Below are positions 33,840-45,390 of a stretch of 45,594 bases of DNA, one piece after another. Below the pieces are notes generated by a model that did no database searches, was not told the origin of the DNA, and worked only from the letters and a program-made list of their open reading frames with translations. The first letter of the stretch is position 1. Every line of letters starts with the position of its first letter. A program made the position numbers and the translations under genes. This DNA is from Chromera velia (lineage: Eukaryota), in contig JAHBMJ010000515.1 in the NCBI GenBank assembly GCA_018398765.1, forward strand, positions 1-45,594. The letters are read 5' to 3'.

Positions 33840-35045
33840 ACAGTCCTCAGCAAGGACCCAAGGCGGAACACCAGCCTGCATACACAATACAACGTTGAGC
33901 GAACTGCTTGCGAACTCCTTCGAGCCAGTTTCCGCCCAAGAAAAGAATTCGGGGGACTCGAGGAACCTGGTGAGCCTCTGCCCCCCTATGCAAAGGCAGA
34001 CATGGCTGTGCGGCCCTGGGGGTGTTCGGAAGATCTCTGGTTGGCTGTGCAGGTAAAGTCCGCAACCTGCCAGAGAGGAAAAGCCACCGCCATAGAACAC
34101 AAACGGTCACCCAGCTGGTTCTTCCGGCGAGTTCGTGGCTACAGCGGAATGTTGGTGGCTTGCGTGGGCCTGCAGAATGATCGTCAGCTGGCTTGCCACA
34201 CCCCCACTGTCTGGCTGTTCCCGGGACACGTCCTTGACTTAGTTGCAAAAGACGCGCTCCGTATAACTGTGGGAGGGAAGAAAGAGAAAGTCGGAACTCG
34301 CTGTAGCCTTGAAGCTGAAAGCACTCATGCAGGAGAGGTACTGGTTTCAGCTTGGCATGACGCGAAGCGGGGGAACGGTCCATTTTTATTGCAAAATCTG
34401 AAAACTTTGCAGACACAGCTCAGTCCATCCCATCTTGCCGAATGGACGATGCTCCAAAGATGCTTGAAACTCTTTGAAGACGTCCCAGGAGGTGTGGAGG
34501 TTCGTCATGCTCCGTGTGCCGCGCTTCCCTACGATATTGAGATTCGTCTGCCAGGGGGAGAAGTATCGTGGCAGAGGGTGCAGCTAAAAAGCTCTCGTTG
34601 GAATTTGGGGAGGCGACTTTCAAGAGTTCACATGTTCAAAAGGGTGAAAAAAAGTGTACGACCGTATAGCGAAGGTGACTTTGATTTTCTCCTGGTTAGT
34701 TCCCCACAGAACGGTTCCAGTCCGCTTTTCCAGTCGTCAGGCAATCGGATTGATGCCGCTCGTGTGGTATCTGACAACTTTGGTTTAGATTCCAGTTGGC
34801 GTTTCTTCTACTTGATTCCAGAATCCATTCTAATACGTGAAGGGGTGGTGACCTCTCGCAGAAATGGCGGTACAGGTATTATGAATTTGAGCCTAGATTT
34901 TGATTTGCCTCCTGTTGCAAAGCCGACGTCACGCGGACTCCGTCTGCTTGACTGGCGTCTTGATACCTTTGATGCCGGCCAGGCTTTCAAAAAAATAGAG
35001 CATATACTTCTACAGTTTAAAAATAGAACGCGGACAGATAATTAA
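33729..35045 (+). CDS. Intronless 438-aa paralog with two tandem PD-(D/E)XK-like domains (A-B)
   Basis: ADMAVRP..DLWLAVQVKS (D91, Q108, K110) and LPYDIEIR..QRVQLKSS..PYSEGDFDFLLVSSPQNG..FYLIP (D269, Q285, K287). Collinear with domains A-B of 26302-28764. Confidence 0.87.
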   Translation: MKCMDTFMRGGRALLKGPLNLSTKRSLANNRCWGKVETVLSKDPRRNTSLHTQYNVERTACELLRASFRPRKEFGGLEEPGEPLPPYAKADMAVRPWGCSEDLWLAVQVKSATCQRGKATAIEHKRSPSWFFRRVRGYSGMLVACVGLQNDRQLACHTPTVWLFPGHVLDLVAKDALRITVGGKKEKVGTRCSLEAESTHAGEVLVSAWHDAKRGNGPFLLQNLKTLQTQLSPSHLAEWTMLQRCLKLFEDVPGGVEVRHAPCAALPYDIEIRLPGGEVSWQRVQLKSSRWNLGRRLSRVHMFKRVKKSVRPYSEGDFDFLLVSSPQNGSSPLFQSSGNRIDAARVVSDNFGLDSSWRFFYLIPESILIREGVVTSRRNGGTGIMNLSLDFDLPPVAKPTSRGLRLLDWRLDTFDAGQAFKKIEHILLQFKNRTRTDN

Positions 35046-35578
35046 CTTGAAGGTGGATCATTGATACCCGCACTGATATGTTTTTATAAAAAAGGAAAAA
35101 GATCCGAGTTTTGTAGTATATACTTGTAACTTTATAACTTATACATCATAATTCAGTTCAATGTATCATAATTTAATGACTCGGATACTCGTAAGTGTTC
35201 ACCAATTATATAAGACATGGTTTCATTTTTTTTTTTTTTGCAAAAGAACTACAATATTGTTATAAGTCTTACTAATGGCTAAAGGTTTTAAAATAGAGTT
35301 CTTAGATTTTATGTTCTTCGAATCTTTTGGTGGCGTGAATATTTCAATTATATTTCTAATATATATATATTTATCAAATATAAAATAGATACAAATAGAT
35401 GCAAATAGACTTGTTTGATAATTAATTTAAATAAACAAACAATCTTCAAAAAAATATATATTTCAATATACTAGTACAATATGAATGAAAATATATCAAC
35501 CTTATTTTTTTTTTTTTGAACTGTCCGTAATACTTCCAAACAGTCTTACGCAATGCCAATACTTGTGTAATTAATACC

Positions 35579-36824
35579 CTAAGCGTGGGCTAAAAAAAAA
35601 AAAGTGAAATCTAAGCTATAAAAAGTCTAACTTTAACCCTTCCCCTTAAAAAATTATTATTTTAATTATATATAAGCCTACACTGTTTAGAGGGCAAATT
35701 CTGAATCTACGTTTTTATCCTGAGTTTTTGATAAGTTTTTACAAGCTTTTTGAACATGCATGAATCTAACTTTTACTCATACTAGCATTCACAGCGTTCA
35801 GATATTCATACCACTACACCGTTTTCTTCTTCAAGAACCTGGAGTACGGCATTGTTAACTTCGGTCCAACCCTACATAGGAAAGTTACGTCCATTTGCCA
35901 AACGTATGGTTGCGCTTCTTTCTCTTTTAAATGGGTCACTACTGCACTAGACATAATATTTTTAAAAGAAAACTCGTCTTTCTTCCCCTTCAGAAGACCA
36001 AAGACTGAACCCCTTTCCCTTTGCTCTTTCAGAATGCAATAAAAAACCTGTACCTTGAAAGCTTTATGTCATCAATCATGCAATCCAGAACTGCTATGCA
36101 CTGTCTATACCTATGCTAATTCAAAACACTCTCTTTCTCCCCCCCCTCTCCACTACTGGTTTTTTAACATGCAGCCATACCCAGCTTTTTTCGAAAATGA
36201 TTTTCCCCCCATTCCAATCTTGCCCTGCTGCCTAGCCTGCTGCCTGCTTTCCAGATTCTCTGAAGCCTGTACACATATCAAACGATGAAACTTTGCAGCA
36301 GTCTTTGCTTCAAGTTGATCCATCAATGGGTTGATCTTTTTGATGTTTTCTTTGATTCAACGTATCACTGTATTCAGTGGTGTATTTTTCTCCCCCCCAT
36401 CCTCTTTCTCAATTAGGGGAGGATTCTCCGCAGGAAAAAACTAGAGAAACAACTATAAGGAGATCTACAGAGAGAATTTGCTGTCATACAAGTTGAGTCA
36501 GTTTGATTTGTTTGGCAACTAGTTTGGCAAGCAGGCTTTCCTTCCCCTCCCCCAATGAATCTGTGCTCTGGGTTATCCTCATTCACTGTTTAAAGCCTTG
36601 TCAGTGGCTTGAGATCTGGTGTTGCTAGGTCTAGAATTCAACTTCAGTTATCATTATCATCAGCTAGCTCTAAAACTAGCTCTAAAAACACTTAAATTAA
36701 TAGTAATGTAGTCCTCTTCTAACTTTTTGTTCACTTGGCTAGAAAAAGTTTTGGAAAGAAAAAAAAAAAACTGAAAATGCGTTAAGAAAAAAAAAAAATT
36801 TTTTTTTTCTCATCCCACGCCTAG
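35579..36824. mobile_element. Non-autonomous hAT-type DNA transposon, 1246 bp
   Basis: Perfect 8-bp TSD TTAATACC at 35571-35578 and 36825-36832. Imperfect TIR: CTAAGCGTGGGCTAAAAAA versus CTAGGCGTGGGATGAGAAA (reverse complement of the right end). No intact ORF. Confidence 0.8.
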
Positions 36825-37134
36825 TTAATACCTAAATAATAGTTGTTTGATGCACAAACAAAAAATTTAAAACTCTTTTTTAACAAACTGATTATATGAG
36901 TCAGTGCGACATATATATATATTGTTTTTAAATATGATACACTTGGTGAATGAATTGAAGAAGTTAAAGCTGGTGAGTATACTACTTAGGCTCTGGCCAA
37001 CTGCGGGGCATAAGCCGCATAACATGTAAGTAACTACTGTTCTGTTCACACTTATTTACTCAAAGTAGGAAGGGCATTTGAAGGCGCTCGCAATATTTCA
37101 AAAAAAAAAATACTAAAATGAGAATGCAATCCGA

Positions 37135-38731
37135 TATGCACTGTGTGTTTTATAGTAGGGGTCAAGCTAGCTATTATTGTATATATAATTGTGAAGCAAT
37201 TTTAAATATCAGCATCATATTATTCATATAGCAGAGCAAGATTCCAAGTCTTTCATATAGAAACGATTGAGTGTTGGTGCATAACACAGACCGTTGTTAA
37301 ATTAGTAACATAAGAATCTTGGGCCTGTTTTGGCGTGTTCTGACCCCTAAGTCCAAGTACCAGTGAAGCCTGGGAATTAAGAAAATACGAATGGATTCAA
37401 GAGGACTCTGGAAGGAGATTCAAGGGCTCTGCAGTAAGACAAGTTAATACGTACAACATGGCATCACTCTTCGATGTAGAAGATGGCACGCGATTTCTAC
37501 TTAGATTTTGTCATGAAACAGTCATCAGCATTTTCATCTTCTCATTGGTATTTCCTTCCAATTGAAGAGGCTGGAGGCTTCAGAAAACAAAACGGTTACC
37601 GTTCTATGGCGTGACTGTGTCTGTGTATGTATGACTGCAAGGCCTGCCGGTATGGATGCTAATTGATGCAGCAAGCCACAGTGGCTGCATGTACGTCTGT
37701 CTGTCTGTTTCTTGAATTTGGCTAGCTAGGGCACACATGCCTCGAATATACAGCGGGGCCCATTGATCTCAATCAAGATGGAGGAGATGTTGGGAAGCAG
37801 GCCGGGGTCGACCAGGACCCTCGTGGTGAGATTGGCCGAACATTCGAGACAGAAGTCTGTGGGAGGGGGGATCTGTGCACTATCGAGGCTACAGAGTTCG
37901 ATGACTTCAAGATCGGGATTTTGACCAATCCCAATAGTACAGCTCACGGTTGTGAGGCTAGAAAGGTCCAATCTCATCAAGTCTGTATCAACAATTTTGA
38001 CCGTGATGGCCTCGGTCACACCAATCGAAGCCGTCCTAGTCGTATTCTGCATTCACTAAGGCAAGTAGTCACGCGCAGGTAAAAAAGGAATGATTGTACA
38101 TTTGTGCACCTCCAAAAACGATACTATCAGCGTGGCCATGTAGATCTCGCAGCCTTGATTGAATGCTTGAGCATACGTACGTCATTTTGCTTGTATTCTT
38201 TCCAAGCTCTATTGAAGCATTTGCATGCAAATTACTCATGCAAGCAAAAATAAGCAAAACCCTGAGAGAGGGCAATCATCGATGGGAGCGGCAATTTCTT
38301 TGCCTCGGACAAACGTATTGAGTGCAGACACGGATGAAAAGGGAAGAAAGGAATTCTTCCTCAGACAAAGTGAAAGACGCAAACCCACCGCCGCGGCAGT
38401 CTGAATCGCATGTGAGTGACCAAGAGCTCCACCACCTTATCGATGCCAGAAAGGTCTAGTGAGTTTAAAGATGTTTGAGCATTGTTATTCGGGGGTGCCC
38501 CTATGATACTCGGCTCTCTAGGGTACTGCAGGGTTCCCGTCAGACGGACCCTCTCCATGGATAGAATAGACAAACTGCTGCTGGTGAGGCAGCCATAAAT
38601 GGGAACATCCCTTGGGTTGAGAATCTACATGCATGTGTTTTGTATGCGTCCATACACATGCATAAATGTACGTTATAGAAAAATCTGTAGACATGCGCTT
38701 ATTACATGTGGATACTTCATTAGAAGCTTCA
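37135..38731. repeat. Segmental duplication block Y, copy 2 (CpG-depleted)
   Basis: Homologous to 29250-30852, with many CG-to-TG/CA differences and a 2-bp insertion near 38393. Confidence 0.9.
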
Positions 38732-41700
38732 TGGGTGAAACTGTATCTAAAGATGTTTTTTTTTATTAGTCTATTGATAAGACTCTATACCTATTTCTTA
38801 CTGACTTTTTAAAAATGTGTTTTTTACATATCGTGAATGACCCTAGGGGTACCAAATGACCCACTTGAGTTTTGATAGTGATTACATAGGCAAAGATGAC
38901 CCAATATAACCCTAAAATCATAGTAGTAAGTACACTAGCCCCCAAACTCTCAAACAGGAAAGCTTGATCCAATACCGTCCCCAAAAATGAAATTTTGCCA
39001 AACTCCAAAATTTTGTTCAATAATTTTGTTGCCTAGGGTAGTGAATTTATGTACTAGTCCATGCAGGCTCACGACATGATGCGGCAGACGCAAAAGAAAA
39101 GAGAAGAAGGCAAACAAAAACAGGGAGAGCCAAAAGAACCAAGATAGAAAAAATAAAGAAAAGAACGGGCGAACAAAGGAGGGAAGGAAAGAAAGAAAGA
39201 AAGAAAGGAAGGAAGGAAGGAAGGAAAGAAAGAAAACAAAAAGCACAAGGCCCCATCCAGCACTTCAACGACTTCTTGTTCTCTTTGACCCACCCCTTTG
39301 ATCAATCTGAGGACACTGCAGTACATCATCAGCTTAAATTCCTTCGTCCCAGTCAAGTTGGCAACAAAGTCACCCCCACATGTAGCGTTCTCGATGACGG
39401 TCTGATTCGGCAAGATGAAGTCACCTTCCCGGGCGATTGCGAAAAGGGGGTTTTTAGAGGGGCCAAAAAGACAAGTAAGAAAGCGGATAGACGAGGAGGA
39501 GGGTAGCTGAGGGTCAGCCGTGGATTGTTGTCTGCTTATGCTCACATTCCCGTCAAAGGAGCCTGCCGAGAAGTCAACAATCAAATTCTCGTCTGATGTG
39601 TCAATGCCTGACGATACCGGAGGGCTGAAAAAGCGGAACGCTAACTTTCCGTCTCCTACTGAGTCGAGGAAGGGAGCCACGATGATGCTCTCATCTTCGC
39701 CTCTTCCATCTTTAAAGAAGCCACTGAAAATGTTCATGTCAAACTGAATGGTTACCTCCTAGAGATGTGGGAAAAAGAAACGCTGAGGACTCGATAACTT
39801 CCCAACCACGTCGCCGAGGTCAATTCTCATCATGTTCATGCTGAAGACATATGCATCTATTAATATGTATGTATTTAGATGTATGTATGTATGTATGTAT
39901 GGAAGTGTGCATATCTGTATGAACGACGATTTTTATCGATAATATTTGAATCCATTGGCAAGCAGTTTGCAATTCGTTCCAGATGCCTTCAGATGGACGA
40001 CCTCATGTGTCAGGCCTGGAGCTACAAGGGACCGCTACGAAGGAGTTTGTATTGACTGCATATATATTCGGGCATGCGTCTTTTCTTTCGTGTCCTTCCT
40101 TCCTTCCCTTTTTTTTTTTGAATCAGACGAGGACGTGAATGAAAGGACATAATCAATCGGCGAGTTTTATTCATTGCAGACGAATACACATTTTTTTAAA
40201 AATTCAAGTTGCATATCTGGGTACATGAAAATTCTTTTGACGCCTGTCTGTCTTCAAAAAGTTTTCAAAATTCGAAAGTCGTGCTTCTTGTCGTCTTCAC
40301 GGCCCAACCAATGTCCAACCAGTAGAAGAAAAACAACAGGAAGGAAGAAAGAAAGAAAGGGAGGAAGGGAGGAAGGAAGGAAGGAAGGAAGGAAGGATGC
40401 ATGGAAGGAAGGAAAGAAAAAATAAAGAAAGAGAGAAAGAAAGAAAGAAAGAAATCAAGAAAAAATAAATCAGAGAAAAGCGGAAGTAGGGGAAGGAGAT
40501 GAGAAAAGAAAGCAAGGACAACTCAAAGCAGAACCAGAAGAGGAAGGAGACTGAAGAGGAAGGCACAGAAACGGCAGACCCCCCGACCGACCAAGCGACC
40601 AACCGACCAACCGACCGTTCAAGATTGGGAAAGTAGATATCCTGGCCGTCAAGGGGGAAGACGCCACCCACCTGAACCCCCTCGACAGGGAAAGGAAGGA
40701 AGAGACAAGACATAGATGTTATACACATACAAACATGCAAAAAGACAGAATGCCCCCGTTTCAGATGGACAGCCCAACCGACCGACACAGACACACACAG
40801 CAAGAATCAGACGTGCGGTGTTCTCGTAGAGATAGAGACAGAGTCAGACTCAGAGACAGAAAGAGATACAGAGAGAAAGAGCAAGAAGCATGAGGACATT
40901 CCTTTGGAACCAAAAAAAGTGGTAATCAAATTTCGAAAAATAGTAGGGGGATGCAGGAAGGAAGGGAGACTCTGAAAAATAGAAAAATACATTCGGAACG
41001 CGAGATTCATTATCTCAGCCTAGACATCCATCCTCCTCAATTCAAAAGATTTCATTTCAATCAGATCATCTTGCAATACGTTCCCATGCAGCCAGAGATA
41101 GCAGTGGATCAAGCTTCTGTTTATCCAATCAAAACAAGCACATGGCTGACTGACTGCAATTTCATCGAGTTCGCGGCACCCCACCAACTCCTCGAACTGG
41201 ATGAACGGCGCGATGCTCCTGGATCCATCACAGAGGCTCTCCGTCTCCCCCCGGGCCTTGCACACAGGACTGATGAAAATATTCGAGGACCTATCAAAAA
41301 GCCTTCGCCTTCCAGGGAAGTCACTTTGGTCCTCTCTCAATGAGCCTCCTCCTTCTGCTGCTGGAGAGAAGAAAGAGGCCAGCCCTCCTTGCTGCTTCCT
41401 GACAGACCTCTTCTTAAACTCTATGAATGGGTCCGTCCCTTTCTCGTCCAGATCTCCCCAGTACTTTTTTGGATTGAGGTCGAAGAGAGAGGAGTCAGAG
41501 AGCTTCAAGTTTTCCTCCACACTATCAACGGGTGCATCTGCATGGAGAAGCTGCAACATTGAAAAGAAATGGGGGCCGGATTAGAAAGATAAAAAAGAGA
41601 GACACAGAGACAGAGGATTTGTAGAAACATTAGGTAATCCAACTAAATCAATCAATAAAGAGTTAAATATATAGGATTTTATAGGAAAAATTCAAAAACT

Positions 41701-43969
41701 AATATTTTTTAAAATAATTTCTTTCTTTCACTCTTTTTTAACATGTTATTATTGGATGTAGAAGCATTTGTGTCCTTTTGCTAGCTCACCACACCAACAT
41801 TGCTTCTTCTTCCTTCCAGGCTTCTTCTTGGGCGCTGCAAGTTTCTCCACACACTCGGTACTGTATGGAGCATAGCATCTGACGTGAAACTCTTGACACT
41901 CAGGGTGGTGATGCCTGGGCCTCCCAGCTGCAACTTACTCTTTTGAAGTAGAAACAGAAAGAAGATTCTTCCTATCAACTATACAAACAGAGCTTCTTCC
42001 ACATTCATGGAGGGAACCCCAACATCGGAAGCACAACAGGCAAGACTGTGCCCATAAAAGAGGAAGTCTCTGTGTCCACACCCGTTCTTCACCTTCCATC
42101 ATGTGGTTTCTCCATCCAGGCCCCACAGCAAGAACTTCCCCCACAGTTTCCATAGGTAGACTGTCTTCCTGCAATCAATAAGCAAATCAAAAACTAAAAT
42201 CAAATAGGCATTCAATTTCATTTAGAAGAAGAAAATTTGTAAAAAATGCTAGCTGACCGTAAGATTAGGTCCGCACAAGAAAGAACCTCCCACTGCAGTC
42301 TTCTTAAACGGCACGGGATGATGCCCATCTTGCCCCACAATCCATCGATGAGCAAACATGCTCATCAACCAGTCCGTTTCCACATCAGCAGCTTTATATT
42401 CATTCTCTACAATAGCAACTACAAACACCCGAACTGTCCCTATGCGTGCAGAAGCAAAGAAGTGAGAAGGCTTCCGGAAGTTGTCACCTGGAGGCACAAC
42501 GTGCACTGACAGGTGTGGCAATGAAGAAAACCCAAAAACTCTTCCCTTTGCAACTTCTATTACCCTTGCCTCCATTGATGCCTTCTTTGCACCAGAATAT
42601 ATTTTCACTGTATTCTTCTGAGTCTTATGGATGGTTACATAGTTCACCGTCCATCCAGCCTTGACCACCTTGTCAGACAAAGTGCTGCTGTGCTGTTGCA
42701 AATGAGATTCAATACCCGCAATCGATAAGAAAGAAAATCTGAACTCCTCTCCCACCCTTTTCTCCTCTGCGAAATGGGCCCATGCCCTTATTGCCCAGTT
42801 AGGAAGCATCCCTCCGTTCCCGTTTTGTCTTCAAGACAGGCGTCATCAACCAAAAAATTGAAATTTTGTTGCCATCTTCCTCCTCTCTGACTCTTTTCAC
42901 ACATGCACCAGCTTTCAAAGCACCCAAAACTGCTGTATTTTTATCTCAATCATAGCGGGTAATCTTTGCAAAATATAGGGGATCTCAACCCCAGTCTCCA
43001 ATTTGTAAGACGCCTTCTCTCTAGAAGACGCCATCCTGTCATGCAAGTTAAACAAAGGAAGAAACAGAAGAGAGTTTTTTGGAGATGGTGTCATCTATTG
43101 TTGGAGTATTCAGTCAGTTAAAGCTGCCGCGTAGCCGTCTACGCGATGCATGCATGCATAGAGATGCTTGCCGGGCCGCGCTGAGCCGCAGCCCCGTCAT
43201 TTTGAACTCAACGCGCTCTTATGCAATGACTCTTCATGAGTCGGATTACCTAATCCACACTTTCCACGAGACGCGACCAGACAGACGATCGTCTTTCTCC
43301 AATTAATATGCAAGACAGTGTTGGGATGCAAAACAATTAAGTGAATTAACACAAAACAAACAAAACACATTGATGCGTGTGTTAGCAAGTATGGACGGGA
43401 TTGCATACTTCATTTTCTTTCCTTCTCCCTTTCATTCTTTCTTTCTATCCATCCATCTGTGTGTCTTCTTTTCTTCCTTCCTTTCTGGCTTTCCTTTTGT
43501 CTTTGCTTCCGCAGTTTAGTTCTCCCAAAACCAAACAAACCCATCAGAACGAAAACGGACAAGCAGACACAGAGACGCACAGACCGACAAACAGACAGAC
43601 AGACAATCCCACCTTCAATTGTCTTCAGAGGGTCCCTTGCGAAACCCTCCAATGCTCCAGAGAGACCACCAGAAAAGAGTCTAGCTGAGTCCGGTCCCTT
43701 GGAAAAGAAGATGTCCTGAATGGTCAAGAGCCTCCCGTCAAACCCGGGTTGCTTATTCCGACCCTCCTCCTTCTGCCCATTCGAATTGTAACCCCCGAGG
43801 CCACTCTCCGGGGTGGAGTAGGGCGGTAGGCTTCCTTCTGGGCACAATTCAAAGCACATGCATGTAGAAGAGTTTGGATCAGGGAGGAAGTAGCAGAACG
43901 GGGCAGAGAGGAAGAACGTATCCCAAGGAAGAGCTCCAAGATCCTTTACACTACTGGCGCCTTCATATT

Positions 43970-44000
<31 letters not shown>

Positions 44001-44034
44001 GCGTGTGCGTGTGCGTGCGTGCGTGTGTGTGTGT

Positions 44035-44074
<40 letters not shown>

Positions 44075-44086
44075 ATGTGTGTGTGT

Positions 44087-44125
<39 letters not shown>

Positions 44126-44970
44126 TGTGTATGTGTATCTGAACGCGTTCCTTGCCTCCACCGTCAGAAGTTCCAATCCAAAGTTGCATGGATCCTCTGT
44201 CCTAGTAGTACACCTGCATGCAGGCACGGGGAGATAATGGATGACGATCGAGTAAGGTCGCAGACCCTAATTGGATACAACATGGATACAGCAAACCTTG
44301 CAGCAATGCTCGACCTTTCTCTTTCCACTTCCGCACACGTGCACTCACATTTTGCCCCCAAGAAACGTGTTTTCCACGCGATACAAATCTAATGAGAAAG
44401 AAGCTTTCATTTGTCCGATCGATACTCCTCCCTCTATCTGCATATATCTGCTTGACTCTGCATGCGTAGGAAGGCCCCCTTTCTCTTAATTCCCTTAATT
44501 CAGCACACCCAAGCACCCACCTTTCTGCAGGCGGAGGAGGGAGGCAGCCTGAGCGATCTTCCGAGGTGCACACGGCGGCGTGGGGGGCGGGGGTAATGGT
44601 GAGACGGCGGAGAATCTGGAGGACCGCCTCCTGCTGGTCAATTAAGGCGAGGATGTCGGCACGGTCCGAGCTAAAATTTGCAATTAAGTTGTCCACCTGA
44701 AGAGGAGGGATGTGGATAGGGAGGGATAAGGGACTCGATTTGAGCACTGTGCATCACCACGATATTTACAGACGCATGTGTGTTCAGAGAGTGTGAAACT
44801 TTTCTTTTCCGTGTTCTAGCGTCAGCAGTGGAATTGATTTGTCAGTGGTCTTCACACACACACACACACGCACACACACACACATACAAACACACACACA
44901 CACAGGCATACACACAGGCACACACACAGGCACACACACAGGCACACACATACACACACACACACACACT

Positions 44971-45012
<42 letters not shown>

Positions 45013-45390
45013 CTTGCAGGGCAATTTACTTTGCACGCATGCCGGTACCTGTTTTCTGTTCACCGTTTTGCCATCCTGTGTTCAGATGAGGATTACACAC
45101 AGGCACACAGGATGAAAACAATTTAGAGAGAGAACAGCACGATACATGCCCTCATGCACGTTGCCCCGCACCCGTACCGAGTCCTCCAGTTCCGACAGTG
45201 CCTCTTCCACAATGGGGTCCAAGGTGTGGTTGTCCGTGCTGGACGCAGAGACGGACGGAGAAGGAGAAGTGGCCTTTGAGAGGAGACGTCGGGTCGTGTT
45301 CATGTCTCCTGCTGGGTCCGAGCCGTTCAGGAATGGCTCCGTGACATTGATCACTGCCTCTCTCGTCTGGTTGAACTCCTCCAATATCTG
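37377..45390 (-). CDS. Multi-exon host gene C, unknown probably secreted protein; 5' end is outside the window and the 3' part appears frameshifted
   Basis: Exons approximately: 45178-45387 (ILEEFNQTREAVINVT..TTRRLL), 44520-44696, 44160-44213, 43612-43818, 41150-41553 (..PGRRRLF..), 40615-40672, 39250-39758, 38265-38625, 37741-38047. AG/GT boundaries, sequons and microsatellite introns. Phases were not fully resolved. Confidence 0.55.
41781..42809 (-). other. CpG-poor nested coding-like segment inside an intron of gene C (possibly transposon-borne, decayed)
   Basis: A 186-aa ORF at 42249-42809 joins in phase (NLT|EDSLP, GT..AG intron ~42169-42257) to 41935-42168. Flanked by AT-rich DNA; no family recognised. 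Confidence 0.35.
43969..44137. repeat. (CT)n/(GT)n microsatellite
   Basis: Directly visible. Confidence 0.95.
44853..45012. repeat. (CA)n, (CACACACAGG)n and (GA)n microsatellite
   Basis: Directly visible. Confidence 0.95.

Noticed and set aside
38733..39055. MITE in a gene C intron
   Set aside because: AT-rich and CpG-poor like a TE, but no TIR or TSD could be identified.
39759..39761. Premature TAG in gene C
   Set aside because: It follows a polypyrimidine tract (tttctttttcccacatctctag) and is better read as a splice acceptor.
42115..42145. groES/cpn10 gene suggested by GEVLAVGPG
   Set aside because: Only nine residues match; the PLxDRV, GGI and VKVGD motifs are absent.
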